38,798 bases of DNA, taken from positions 1 through 38,798 of IMG/VR virus record IMGVR_UViG_3300037589_000089, one strand, 5' to 3'. This DNA is from a virus (lineage: Duplodnaviria; Caudoviricetes). Below are positions 25,557-35,365 of this stretch, piece after piece. Below the pieces are notes generated by a model. The model did no database searches. It saw only the letters and a program-made list of their open reading frames with translations, and was not told the DNA's origin. The position numbers and the translations under genes were made by a program. Numbering within the stretch: the first letter of the stretch is position 1; the number at the start of each line of letters is the position of its first letter.

Positions 25557-25928
25557 ATGGCTGGTAAAGATTATGGCGGTCAGATCCGCCTTCGGCTTTC
25601 GAATGGCGAAACCTTTTCGCTACGTGGCACCATGACGCTGATGACGGCCGGCCGTTCCGTCGAGGCTGTCGTGAACCAGGACCGGTCGACCGACCGGGTT
25701 TCGACGCTCACGCCCTATGCCTTCGAAATGTCGTTTGCCGACAAGGGGCAGAACATGCAGGCGCTGATGACAGCCGACCGGTTCGACGCGACGTTCATCG
25801 AGGATGACACCGGTGTGTCGCACTATTACACGCGCGCATTCTTCACCGGTGAGCCGTCGATCAATCGCATGAACGGCGAAGTAACGGGCATGGCGGGCGC
25901 TGCGGAAACCTACGTCCAGAAGGGCTGA
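25557..25928 (+). CDS. tail tube protein (Mu gpM-like)
   Basis: 123 aa after the sheath; AAGGA SD; preceded by hairpin CCGGGCGC/GCGCCCGG. Confidence 0.8.
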   Translation: MAGKDYGGQIRLRLSNGETFSLRGTMTLMTAGRSVEAVVNQDRSTDRVSTLTPYAFEMSFADKGQNMQALMTADRFDATFIEDDTGVSHYYTRAFFTGEPSINRMNGEVTGMAGAAETYVQKG

Positions 25929-25931
25929 CCC

Positions 25932-26270
25932 ATGTCCGGTGAAAAGACCATCCGGCTGTCGCGGCGCTACGAGGCGCACGGCCGGGCTTTCGACAGCCTC
26001 ACCTTCCGCGAGCCGAAGATGGCGGATTTCGAGGCGATCGGCGAGATTGCCGAGCGGCAGCCGTTTGCTGCCGGCGGTGAGATGGTGCTCTACCATGATG
26101 ATCGGGTGTGGAAATACCGTGACCGGTTGTTGAAGCGCGGGGATGACCTGCCGTCGGCGGCTGATCTCGGCGATCTCGATCTGGCCGACGCGATTGCGGT
26201 TAAGGATACTGTCGCAAGTTTTTTTACCCGGGCGCGGCGGATCTCTGGCGGCGAGCAGCCGACCTCCTGA
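25932..26270 (+). CDS. tail assembly chaperone (Mu gp41/P2 gpE-like)
   Basis: 'LTFREP...D', 'LDLADA...VASFF'; T7 slippery run at 26219-26225. Confidence 0.85.
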   Translation: MSGEKTIRLSRRYEAHGRAFDSLTFREPKMADFEAIGEIAERQPFAAGGEMVLYHDDRVWKYRDRLLKRGDDLPSAADLGDLDLADAIAVKDTVASFFTRARRISGGEQPTS

Positions 26271-26365
26271 TTTTCAAATTCGGGTTCAATCCTGACAGCG
26301 TCATGCAGATGACGCCGTCGAAATGTGTTTCCTGGGCCGTGCGCGGCCAGACCTTCCGGAGTTGA
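26219..26365 (+). CDS. -1 frameshift extension of the tail chaperone (P2 gpE'-like)
   Basis: -1 frame after T TTT TTT reads YPGAADLWRRAADLLIFKFGFNPDSVMQMTPSKCVSWAVRGQTFRS*, ending 2 nt before the tape-measure start. Confidence 0.8.
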   Translation, partial: FFYPGAADLWRRAADLLIFKFGFNPDSVMQMTPSKCVSWAVRGQTFRS

Positions 26366-26367
26366 GC

Positions 26368-28260
26368 GTGAACCGCACGATCGAAGCCATGGTGCGCCTG
26401 TCGGCCAAGCTCGGGCCGATGGCCGCGTTCGGTCAGATGGGCTCGAAGCTTGCGGACGTGAACCGCAAGGCCTCGGCGTTCAACAAGACCCAAGCACTGG
26501 TTGCCCGCGGTTCCGATGCCGCGACTGCAGCAATGTTGCGCTTTGCTGCACCGGCGGCAATCGCCTATGGCGCGCAGCGCGCCGTGCGGGAGTTTGCCGG
26601 GGTCGAGCGGACGCTGACGCGCATCGGCATCAATGCCGACGCGAGCCGGGAGCAGATGGCGGAGGTGTTCAAGGAACTGCAGCAGATCGCGCAGGCCACC
26701 GCGACGCCTGTCGACAACATTGTTTCCGGTCTCGACTCGCTGATTGCTTCGGGCAAGTCGCTTGACGAGGCCATGGCGCTGATTGGTTCGGTCTCCGCCA
26801 CTGCGCAGGCGGCTGGCGCCAATTTCGGCGAGATGGCGACGACGGCCGACGCCGTCTCCAATTCGTTCGGCATCGCCGGCGAGGAGATGCAGAACGCTTT
26901 CGACATCCTGGCCAAGGGCGGCAAGGCGGGCAAGTTCGAATTGCGCGACATGGCTGCCGAATTGCCATCTCTGGCGCCGGCTTTTGCGGCGCTTGGCTAT
27001 GAAGGCGAGGACGGGCTCAAACGGTTGACCGCCGCGCTGCAGACGGTGCGCATGGAAACCGGCACGTCGGGCGAGGCGGCGACATCGTTCATGGATGTGC
27101 TGACCAAGATGAACTCGGTGACGGTGTCCAACAGCTTCAAGAAGCAGTTTGGAGTCGATCTCCGCAACGAAATGAAAAAGGCCAAGGCCGCCGGTGAGGA
27201 TACGCTCGAGGCGTTCATCCGGCTCTCGAAAGAGGCGGTCAACGGTGACATGTCGAAACTGCCGCTCCTGTTCACCGACAAGCAGATGCTGATCGGCATG
27301 CGCGCTTTGATGAACCACACCGGCGAATTCCGCGACCTGCTCAACGAATTGGGCAGTTCTGCGGGAACGGTGTTTGGCGATGTAAACCGAGTTCTGAAAG
27401 ACACCCAGTCTTCCATGGATCGGATGGGAAATTCGTGGGAGCGCCTGACTACCTCGCTCGGCGAAAAGATCGCTCCGCCGGCCATTGCAGTGATGGACGC
27501 TGTTTCAGGCAGTCTTGACCGCGGTGGCGCTATCAATGCCGGGCTTGAGAAAAAGGGAGTCAAGAACTGGTCGCTTGATCGGATGGCGTGGCAACTCTCG
27601 GCCAGCGAGGCGGATAAGGATTCGATGGCGTGGGTCGGTGGTTACCGAACCGAGGAGCAGCGCGCGGCGATTGCCGGTTACGACGCCTATGCCAAATCGC
27701 GCGCAGCGGCGCCTGCTTACAGCATGCCGCGCAAGACACTTCCGGACCTCGGCCCTGTGGTGCGGACGCGCGACGGCCAGGTCATCGGCGCAACCGTACC
27801 GGCTGCCATCCCGGTTCCCATGGACCCGACAGACGTGGCCATCGGCCGCAGTGACGCCAGGCGCGGCTATGCCATCGGGTCTGCTTCGGCGGGTTCTCCG
27901 CAGCCTGACAATCTTTCGGTTCGGCCCGGACAGGGCGTTTCCGACCTGCAGGGGCTGCTTTCCAAGCTGGAAGCAGCGGGTTCGCAGTCTGGTTCCGATC
28001 TTGCCGAGGGCGGCGGAGATGCAGCTGACGCGATAGTGAAAGCGGGTCCAGAAGCAGGAAGCGGTTTTGGCGATGCGGCAGCGGCCAAGATCCATGCCGA
28101 GGCAGCGTCCGCCGGTGCGAGCTTTGGTGACGCCGCGGCTGCGCGTTTGCAATCGGCGTTGTCCGGGTTGTTTGGCAGTGTGCCTGCGGGCCAGCCCGCT
28201 GTCTCCGGCAATCGTGGCCGTACCATGCCACAGGCCGGGCAGGCTGGAAGGGCGCAGTAG
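26368..28260 (+). CDS. tail tape measure protein
   Basis: Ala-rich helical protein, 'AFDILAKGGKAGKFELRDMA'; GTG 26368 with GGAG SD. Confidence 0.92.
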   Translation: MNRTIEAMVRLSAKLGPMAAFGQMGSKLADVNRKASAFNKTQALVARGSDAATAAMLRFAAPAAIAYGAQRAVREFAGVERTLTRIGINADASREQMAEVFKELQQIAQATATPVDNIVSGLDSLIASGKSLDEAMALIGSVSATAQAAGANFGEMATTADAVSNSFGIAGEEMQNAFDILAKGGKAGKFELRDMAAELPSLAPAFAALGYEGEDGLKRLTAALQTVRMETGTSGEAATSFMDVLTKMNSVTVSNSFKKQFGVDLRNEMKKAKAAGEDTLEAFIRLSKEAVNGDMSKLPLLFTDKQMLIGMRALMNHTGEFRDLLNELGSSAGTVFGDVNRVLKDTQSSMDRMGNSWERLTTSLGEKIAPPAIAVMDAVSGSLDRGGAINAGLEKKGVKNWSLDRMAWQLSASEADKDSMAWVGGYRTEEQRAAIAGYDAYAKSRAAAPAYSMPRKTLPDLGPVVRTRDGQVIGATVPAAIPVPMDPTDVAIGRSDARRGYAIGSASAGSPQPDNLSVRPGQGVSDLQGLLSKLEAAGSQSGSDLAEGGGDAADAIVKAGPEAGSGFGDAAAAKIHAEAASAGASFGDAAAARLQSALSGLFGSVPAGQPAVSGNRGRTMPQAGQAGRAQ

Positions 28261-28262
28261 GG

Positions 28263-28730
28263 ATGGCGATGCGGGACTGGTCAAAGACGTTGCGGCGTGC
28301 CTCTTTCCGGGGCGTGCCGTTCTGGGTCGATGCGGAAGAGCCGGAGGTGGGCCGCCGCGTGGTGGCGCATGAGATCTCCGGCGGCGAAGCCTCGCTGACC
28401 GAGGACATGGGCGCTAGGACCAAGACGATCTTCGTCGAGGCTTATGTCGCGGGTGACCTTGCGGACGTGGCGGGCCATGCGCTGGAGCGGGCCTGCGGCG
28501 CGCCCGGGGCATCGCTGCTGATCCTGCCGATGGATGCGGGCGAGGCGGCGCATTGCCTGTCCTGCTCGCGAAACCGGCGCAAGGACCGCAACGGCCTGAT
28601 TGCCTACCGGCTGGAATTCATGCGGGCCGGCGGCGGGGTGGCGTTCGCGGCAAGCGGGCTCGGCCAGCTGCGCACGGCGTTCGATGCGGGTCTCGCCGCG
28701 GCATCGGTGCTGATCGCGGTGCAATTGTGA
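28263..28730 (+). CDS. DNA circularization protein N-terminal domain (Mu gpN-like)
   Basis: 'LRRASFRGVPFWV...GRRVVAHE.......EDMG'. Confidence 0.9.
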   Translation: MAMRDWSKTLRRASFRGVPFWVDAEEPEVGRRVVAHEISGGEASLTEDMGARTKTIFVEAYVAGDLADVAGHALERACGAPGASLLILPMDAGEAAHCLSCSRNRRKDRNGLIAYRLEFMRAGGGVAFAASGLGQLRTAFDAGLAAASVLIAVQL

Positions 28731-28741
28731 GTGGGGCAACA

Positions 28742-29332
28742 ATGGAACAGGTTCTGACCATTCTTTCCGGACTCGCGCGGGAACTCATAACAGACGCCGA
28801 CGACTTGGCGCGCGTCGATGTCCTTGCCGTGGGGGTGCAGGCCGGTGGAGACAGCGGCGTGACGGCGCTGATGCAGCTGGCGCGGCTGACAGGCGAGGCG
28901 GCGGCCGATGCCAATGCCGTGCCCGATGCGGTTGACCGGGTGCAGGACGACACGCCGCTGTGGCGGCTCGTTGCGCTGGTGGTGGTCTGCTTTGCCGTCG
29001 TGCGTGCGGATTACCCGTCGCGGCAGGACGCGCAGGCCGCAAGGACCGCGGTCAGCGCCCGGGCGGACACGGTCTATGGCGAGGCCGGCATCTACGGGTC
29101 CGAGACGATTGCGTGGCTGGTGTCGATGACAGGAGTGGCCACACTCCACCTGTCGCAGACCGCGGCGGAACGGGCGCCGGCGGTGCGGGTGGAAACCGGC
29201 GTGTCGCTGCCCTCGACGCTGCTGGCCTATGATCTCTATGGCGATGCGGGCCGGGCCGAGGCGCTTGTCGATCGGAACCGGGTGGCCACATCGCTGGTCA
29301 TGCCGGTCAGCTTCGAGGCCGTGGCGCCGTGA
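28742..29332 (+). CDS. C-terminal part of Mu gpN-like protein, separate ORF
   Basis: 'LPSTLLAYDLYGDAGRAEALVDRNRV' typical of the gpN C-terminus; alternative in-frame GTG 28727 overlaps the upstream stop. Confidence 0.8.
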   Translation: MEQVLTILSGLARELITDADDLARVDVLAVGVQAGGDSGVTALMQLARLTGEAAADANAVPDAVDRVQDDTPLWRLVALVVVCFAVVRADYPSRQDAQAARTAVSARADTVYGEAGIYGSETIAWLVSMTGVATLHLSQTAAERAPAVRVETGVSLPSTLLAYDLYGDAGRAEALVDRNRVATSLVMPVSFEAVAP

Positions 29333-30381
29333 CGCTGGAAACGATTGTCTTTTCGGTCAACGGCGCGCCGTTGCCGCACACTTCCGCAGCACTCGACGAA
29401 TCTGCCGAGGAGGCGGTGCGCACCGCGCAGTTCGACATAGCATGGACCGGTGCGGGCATACCCTGCGCGCCAGATGACGAAGCGACAATCACCGTGTCTG
29501 GTGCGTTGTGGGGCACGGGCTATGTGCGAGACGTGCGGCCGGGTCATGACGAAAACAGCCGGACCTATTCGGTGAGCTTTGTTTCGCGCAGCTGCGACGC
29601 CACGGAATGCTCGATCGATCACCCGACCGGCCTCAAGCGCAACGCCGATCTCGGCGACATCGCCAGGGAATTCGATGTGCTCGGCGTCGGTGTCGAGGTC
29701 AAGGCGAAGACGATCAGAAAGGCCGTGCACAAGGTGCGGCCCGGCGAGACGCTGTTCCAGACGCTTGAGACGGACGCGCGGGCGCAGGGCGTGCTGATCC
29801 ATGACAGTCCGGAAGGCAAGCTTGTCCTGGCCGACAAGCCCGAGGGCCGCCATGGCGGGGCGCTTGTGCGCGGCGCGAATATCAAGAGCGCGTCGGCCAG
29901 CCTGTCGGGCGCGACAAGTTTTTCGAGCGTCAAGGTTCGCGGGCAGGCATCGATCGGGGTCAGTGCCTCGGCGCTGCGGGCGGAGGCGGAGGCCAGGGGC
30001 ACAGCCCGGCGGCGGCGCCCGCTGATCGTGCCGTTCGAAGGCGAGGCCACGTCCGAGAGGCTCAAGAAGCGGGCGACATGGGAAGCCAAGCGGGCAAGCG
30101 GCGAGGGCGTAACCTGCCAGATCACCGTCGCGGGTTTCCGCGACCAGGGCGGGCAACTGTGGAAAGCGAACTGGCTGGTCGAGGTCGATGACGACTGGCT
30201 CGGCATCAGCCAGGACATGGTGATCGCCTCGCTCACTCTGTCGCAGGACGGATCCGGCGGGACGACGGCGAGGCTGTCTCTCAAGGACCCGCGGGCGCTC
30301 GGCGGCGACAATCCGCGCGGCAAATCGAATTCGGCCTGGGGCGCGCCCGGCTCAACAGATGCAGACTACCGGGAAGGCTGA
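29329..30381 (+). CDS. baseplate hub protein (Mu gpP-like)
   Basis: 'TGYV', 'PGETLFQTL', 'LVRGANI', 'FS.V.VRGQ', 'V.GFRD..G.LW..N'. Confidence 0.9.
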   Translation: MTLETIVFSVNGAPLPHTSAALDESAEEAVRTAQFDIAWTGAGIPCAPDDEATITVSGALWGTGYVRDVRPGHDENSRTYSVSFVSRSCDATECSIDHPTGLKRNADLGDIAREFDVLGVGVEVKAKTIRKAVHKVRPGETLFQTLETDARAQGVLIHDSPEGKLVLADKPEGRHGGALVRGANIKSASASLSGATSFSSVKVRGQASIGVSASALRAEAEARGTARRRRPLIVPFEGEATSERLKKRATWEAKRASGEGVTCQITVAGFRDQGGQLWKANWLVEVDDDWLGISQDMVIASLTLSQDGSGGTTARLSLKDPRALGGDNPRGKSNSAWGAPGSTDADYREG

Positions 30382-30384
30382 GAG

Positions 30385-30864
30385 ATGTTTGACGGCAATC
30401 TGACGCGGTTCGAGCTCGACGGTAAAGTGGAGCACCGCGCAGGACAGCAGTTCGTGAACGGCAAGGGCTTCTCCGGTGACAGCTTCGAACGGGTGCATCG
30501 GATAGAGCCGCACGGCTTTGCCAGCAGCCCGGTCAAGGGCGGCATTGGCGTGGCGATGTCTGCGCGGGGAAACAGGGACTCGGCCTATGTATTCGGCGGC
30601 GAGAACCCGTCGATGCGGCCCGAGATCGCCGTGGGCGGGGCGGCAATCTATGACCATGCCGGAAACATCGTTTCCGTGGTGCAGAAGGACATGCGGATCG
30701 TGCATTCGGCCAAGGTGCACATCGTCGCGCCGGAGATCATTCTCGAGGGTGCGGTCTATCTTGGCGGGCCAGGCGCGTCCCGTCCGGTGTCGGCGGAAGG
30801 AACATTAGACAGCGCCGGGCATACAGACGCCAGCAATTTCGCTGCCGGGGTGTTCGCGACATGA
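30385..30864 (+). CDS. baseplate spike (Mu gp45-like)
   Basis: 'VHRIEPHGFASSP', 'GNRD', 'G.AAIYD..G'. Confidence 0.88.
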   Translation: MFDGNLTRFELDGKVEHRAGQQFVNGKGFSGDSFERVHRIEPHGFASSPVKGGIGVAMSARGNRDSAYVFGGENPSMRPEIAVGGAAIYDHAGNIVSVVQKDMRIVHSAKVHIVAPEIILEGAVYLGGPGASRPVSAEGTLDSAGHTDASNFAAGVFAT

Positions 30865-31391
30865 AAATCATCCCGCTTGCGCCGGCGGCCGAGCCGCTGC
30901 TTGATCCGGACCTGGTCTGGAACGGGCTGTTTGGCGATCTCGCCACAACGGCGATCGACGATCCAGTCAATCCCGGCGGGTTGCGCGCGACCCAGGCGCT
31001 GGCAACGGCCATCCTGATTTGTCTGATGACCGATGCCCGCGCCGATGTGACCGAACTGCGCTCCGGCGATATCAACCGCGGCTGGCCTGGTGACAGTTTC
31101 GACCGCGATGCCGATGAGCCGCCGCTCGGCTCCAGGCTCTGGCTGTTGCGGCGCCGGGCGCTCACGCCTGATGTCGAGATCCTCGCCGAGGATTACACGC
31201 GCGCAGCACTGCAGCCACTGATAGCGCAGGGCGCCGTCGCCCGTTTCGATGTGAGCGCTGCGGCGGATCGCGCGCGATCAACGCTTGTCTTGACCGTGAC
31301 CGGCTATGGCCGCGACGGCAGCCATGTTCATGACCAGAAATATGCAGTTTTGTGGGAGCAGTTGAATGGCGTTTCCGATCCGCTCGCTTGA
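30861..31391 (+). CDS. Mu gp46-like baseplate protein
   Basis: 'LATAILICLMTDARA', 'RGWPGDS', 'LGSRLWLLRR', 'AEDYTRAALQPL'. Confidence 0.92.
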   Translation: MKIIPLAPAAEPLLDPDLVWNGLFGDLATTAIDDPVNPGGLRATQALATAILICLMTDARADVTELRSGDINRGWPGDSFDRDADEPPLGSRLWLLRRRALTPDVEILAEDYTRAALQPLIAQGAVARFDVSAAADRARSTLVLTVTGYGRDGSHVHDQKYAVLWEQLNGVSDPLA

Positions 31392-32457
31392 CGAGATTTC
31401 GGCCTCGGTTCGCGGGGCCATGCGGCAGTATCTGCCCGGCACCGATGCCAGCCTCAAGCAGAACGTACTGCGGGTCATCGGCAAGGTCCAGGCGCTGCTG
31501 GCGCATGAATACGAGCTCCGCCTGAAATGGATTTTCCGGCAGCTGTTCCTGTCGACGGCGACCAGCGAGGCGATCATCCGGCTGCATTGCGCCGAGTACC
31601 GCATTCTGCAGAAGCCGGCTTCGGCTGCGTCGGGGGAGGTGACCGGCGCCGGTCAGGCGAATGCCACCTATCCGGCAGGCGTTCGGTTTGTGTCCGGGGG
31701 CGTGACCTATGTTACGACGGCCGCTTTCACCGCAAACGCGGTTGGCGGGTTCACTGCCAGCGTGCAGGCCGAAAGCGCCGGCGCCGCGACCAACCGGGAG
31801 GCCTCGGCCGAGTTGCTGCTCGCCGACCCCGCGCTCTACCCGAGCCTGCCCGAGACGGTCTCCGTCGGTGCAGATGGTCTTGGCGGTGGGGCCGACATCG
31901 AGAGTGTCGAGGATCTTCGGGCGCGAGGCCTCAAACGGAAGGCCTCACCTCCGCAGGGCGGCGCGTTGCCTGATTATGAAAACTGGGCGCTGGAAGTGCC
32001 CGGCGTTGTGAATGCCTGGGCCAAGAACTTCGCAGGAGGCTTCGGCACGATCGGTGTCTGGGTGCTGTTCAAGGGGCGCGTCAACGGCATACCCGAGCCA
32101 AGTGATCTCGCCGCGGTCGACGCCTACATCGAAAGCCTCCGGCTGGTCCGGGCGCGCTACTTCACCATGGCGCCGGTGGCAAAACCGGTGGATCTGACGA
32201 TCAGCCTGTCGCCGGATACGGCCGCCATGCGCAGCGCGGTCACCGAGGCGCTGACCATTTTCTTTGATGCGACGCGCGAAGGCACGCGGTTGCGGCCGGG
32301 TCTGACGGACGATCTATTCACGCTGCCCCGCGCCTGGCTTTCGGAGGAGATCTCGACCGTGCCCGGCGAGACCAGTCATGTCCTGATCGAGCCTGCTGCC
32401 GCCCCGGTGTTCCAGCCCGGTGAGTTGCCGGTGCTCGGCACGATCACCTGGTCATGA
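31366..32457 (+). CDS. baseplate J / Mu gp47-like wedge protein
   Basis: 'GGGADIESVEDLRAR', 'PPQGGA..DY..WALEVPGV', 'GELPVLGTITW'. Confidence 0.93.
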   Translation: MAFPIRSLDEISASVRGAMRQYLPGTDASLKQNVLRVIGKVQALLAHEYELRLKWIFRQLFLSTATSEAIIRLHCAEYRILQKPASAASGEVTGAGQANATYPAGVRFVSGGVTYVTTAAFTANAVGGFTASVQAESAGAATNREASAELLLADPALYPSLPETVSVGADGLGGGADIESVEDLRARGLKRKASPPQGGALPDYENWALEVPGVVNAWAKNFAGGFGTIGVWVLFKGRVNGIPEPSDLAAVDAYIESLRLVRARYFTMAPVAKPVDLTISLSPDTAAMRSAVTEALTIFFDATREGTRLRPGLTDDLFTLPRAWLSEEISTVPGETSHVLIEPAAAPVFQPGELPVLGTITWS

Positions 32458-32478
32458 TGATGGCGGGGGCGTGAGGCG

Positions 32479-33321
32479 ATGTCGACATGGCATGCAAGCA
32501 CCGAATGGGCCGAGTTCTTTGCCGCCGATGGTGGGCCGGTGGTCTGGGTGGATCCGGATGACGGCTTTGCTGATCCGGAGATCGATCCGCGTGACGCGTT
32601 GAGTGCACCGAGCGTCGAGGGCCTTCTGTTCTCCGGCCTGTCGCTTTGGCCGCGAGGAGCTGCCTGGGGAACGCCTGACGGCGCGGCGCCGGGCACGTCG
32701 ACGGTGATAGCGGGGCTGACGCGTGCGCTGCTCTCGCCGTTTGTCGATCTCTATGTCAAGGCGTGGCGGCTCATCGGGGAGTCCCGTTCGGCTTCGCTTG
32801 TCGACAGCCTCGACGAGTGGGAGGCGGATTTCGGTCTGCCAAGCCCATGCGGCGGGTTCAGCCAGACGGAAGCCGCGCGGATCGCCACGCTGCGGGCGCG
32901 CGTCGCTCGGCTTGCCACGATAACGCCGGCTGACGTGATCCGGCTTGCGGCGCGGCTGGGTTATGTCGTGGCGCTCGAGGAGCCCGATGCATTCCTGGCG
33001 GGCGAGGGCTCCTGTCTGGGGCTCGGTGAACTGTCGGACTCGGCGCTTGAGCAGCAGTGGGTTGTTTTGGTGCGTGACGCGCCATCAAGCCAGTTCGAGA
33101 CGGGCATTGGTGAGACCGGTGTGACCCGTCTTCTGGATTTCGACCACGACGTGCTCGAATGCGAGATCCGCCGCATCGCACCGGCCTGGACGGTCGTCGT
33201 CTTCAATTACGCCGAGCAGCTGATCGGGCCTTACCTCGTCACCGAGACGGGTGCTCGCATCGTCACCGAAACCGGCAAGAAACTGGTCATGCCGGTTCTG
33301 GCCTCATCCCTTTCAACATGA
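32479..33321 (+). CDS. Mu gp48/YmfQ (DUF2313)-like baseplate protein with terminal extensions
   Basis: 'LWPRGAAW', 'LDEWEADFGLP..C', 'LAARLGY', 'LEC.IRRIAPA.T.V.F.Y'. Confidence 0.88.
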   Translation: MSTWHASTEWAEFFAADGGPVVWVDPDDGFADPEIDPRDALSAPSVEGLLFSGLSLWPRGAAWGTPDGAAPGTSTVIAGLTRALLSPFVDLYVKAWRLIGESRSASLVDSLDEWEADFGLPSPCGGFSQTEAARIATLRARVARLATITPADVIRLAARLGYVVALEEPDAFLAGEGSCLGLGELSDSALEQQWVVLVRDAPSSQFETGIGETGVTRLLDFDHDVLECEIRRIAPAWTVVVFNYAEQLIGPYLVTETGARIVTETGKKLVMPVLASSLST

Positions 33322-33334
33322 CGGAGAACATCCG

Positions 33335-34261
33335 ATGAAGTATATCCAGCCGGCAGGCGAAGCCGCGGACGCCTCCTATGTGGATGGCAATCGAAGCGCG
33401 GGCACAAAGGGCTCTGTCGTGCCCGCCGCCGCGATCGAGCATCCGCAGCGGGAAATCCAGGAGGTCATCAGCTTTTTCGGGTTGACGCCTTCGGGCACTG
33501 ACCTGGCGCAGCTGCGCAAGGCCATCGAGGCGGCGATCCTGGCTGCCACGGGAGGGGGCGAAACCTCGCAGTATGTGCTGATCACACAGGCCCGTGCGCG
33601 CCTGCCGATCTTCCCGGAGATCCAGAGCGCCGACGGCAAGATGAACGTGACGAGCCCGTCGGCCGGCTCGGTGCAGGTTCCGAGCGCGGTCAGCTTTCAG
33701 CATCGCGGCATCTATCCGGTCTCGACCAGCGACTATATCGAGGATGACCGGACCTTCACGACGCTCGCCAACAAGACCTATCATCTGCGCTGGAACCCGA
33801 CCGATGGTTTCAGCCTCGAGGATCTGGCGGATTCAGGCTACAACCCGTCAGTTCTTGCGGAAGGCAATGTCGCTTTCGACAGCGCCTATGACGACATGCT
33901 GGTTGCCCGCGTCGTTACGAACGCTTCTAACGTGGCGACCATCACCAACCTGGTCAACAGGAACAAGGTTCTGCTCTCGTTTGTGAAGACGGGTTCCGCC
34001 GGCGCCTTGGACGGCGTCTTCGCGTCAACATTCGCGGCTTCGGAGCCGGTCAACCTTGCCAGGACGCCTGTCGCGGTATTCTCCGGCTCGGTTGCTACCA
34101 CCGGTGTCACCGGTGCGGGTGGGCTCGAATATGCAAATTCGATAACCAATCGGTCGGTTAGCCGTTATTCGGTCGGGGCATCAGTCACATCGAACTGGAA
34201 TGAAACGCAGGGTGCACCTGCGGGCCTCACCGGCACCCTTGAATTCATTGTTGCGGCGTGA
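33335..34261 (+). CDS. tail fibre protein (Mu-type N-terminal anchor)
   Basis: 'YVDGN...G..GSVVPA......QREI..VI...GLTP...DLAQL.KAI'; GGAGA SD, ATG 33335. Confidence 0.85.
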   Translation: MKYIQPAGEAADASYVDGNRSAGTKGSVVPAAAIEHPQREIQEVISFFGLTPSGTDLAQLRKAIEAAILAATGGGETSQYVLITQARARLPIFPEIQSADGKMNVTSPSAGSVQVPSAVSFQHRGIYPVSTSDYIEDDRTFTTLANKTYHLRWNPTDGFSLEDLADSGYNPSVLAEGNVAFDSAYDDMLVARVVTNASNVATITNLVNRNKVLLSFVKTGSAGALDGVFASTFAASEPVNLARTPVAVFSGSVATTGVTGAGGLEYANSITNRSVSRYSVGASVTSNWNETQGAPAGLTGTLEFIVAA

Positions 34262-34270
34262 GGTTAGCAA

Positions 34271-35356
34271 ATGACCGATGAACTGCAAATAAAGGACCTC
34301 CCGTCCGCACTGGCGGCGCTGGCCACCCACATCATCGCCGCGCAGACCGCCGCAGGCGTCGCATCAGGGGTTACGCTCGAGCAGGTTTCCGACCTGGTCA
34401 TTGCCAGGCTGACAGCTTCGGCTCCGGAGTTGCTGGACACATGGCTCGAAATCGTGGCGCAGATCGAGGACAATGAGGACGCCCTCGCGGCACTTGTGGC
34501 AACGGTCGCGACAAAAGCGTCTATTTCGGGCACCGAAACCCTGACGAACAAGACGCTGACAGCGCCAGTTCTCAACGCTCCGACCGTCACCGCTCCCGCA
34601 GGGGAGTTCCTGCGCGGGCAACTGTCCGGCCTGAGGCTGGCGAACAACTCCGGCGATGCAACAAACGACATCGACATCGCGGCAGGCTCCGCGGCGAGCG
34701 ATGGCGCGGCGCCGGTTCTTATGTCACTCGCCGCCGGTCTCACGAAGAGAATGGATGCCGCGTGGTCGGTGGGTAATAACAATGGCGGCTGGCTGGACGG
34801 TTCCTCGATGCCCGACGGCACGGGGCATGTCTTCCTGATTCAGCGTTCCGATACCGGCGTTGTTGACATCGGTGTGTCGGCCTCGCTGACGCCTACACTT
34901 CCCGCAAGCTATGACCGAAAGCGGCGCATTGGCTCTATCATCCGACTTTCCGGGGCAATCCGGCCATTTGTGCAGATCGGCGACTATTTTCAGATCGACG
35001 CGGTTTTTTCGGTCAACCAAACCAATCCCGGAACCTCCGCCCTTACATTGACGCTGGCTGTGCCGCTTGGCATCGAGGTGCAGGCAAAGGTCGCGGTGGC
35101 GATGACGCTTTCCTCCGGGTCGGGAAACTGTGCGGCCTATTACAGCGCGCTCTCGTCTGGAGATCTGACACCTTCGTCAGCTGGCGCCTTTTCGCTTGTC
35201 GCATGGAGCGATGCATCTGACACCTATGGGGACAGTGTTATCGCGGATGTCATGACCAATACCTCCGGCCAGATCAGAGGCCGGCTCTCGATCAGCAACG
35301 CCAGCACTGTTCATCGAATCAACACGCTCGGCTGGACGGATAGTCGGGGCAGGTAG
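34271..35356 (+). CDS. second tail fibre/receptor-binding protein
   Basis: 'APELLDTWLEI' fibre motif, 'ETLTNKTLTAP', 'GL.LANN......IDIAAG'; beta-rich C-terminus. Confidence 0.75.
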   Translation: MTDELQIKDLPSALAALATHIIAAQTAAGVASGVTLEQVSDLVIARLTASAPELLDTWLEIVAQIEDNEDALAALVATVATKASISGTETLTNKTLTAPVLNAPTVTAPAGEFLRGQLSGLRLANNSGDATNDIDIAAGSAASDGAAPVLMSLAAGLTKRMDAAWSVGNNNGGWLDGSSMPDGTGHVFLIQRSDTGVVDIGVSASLTPTLPASYDRKRRIGSIIRLSGAIRPFVQIGDYFQIDAVFSVNQTNPGTSALTLTLAVPLGIEVQAKVAVAMTLSSGSGNCAAYYSALSSGDLTPSSAGAFSLVAWSDASDTYGDSVIADVMTNTSGQIRGRLSISNASTVHRINTLGWTDSRGR

Positions 35357-35365
35357 GGGGGCACA

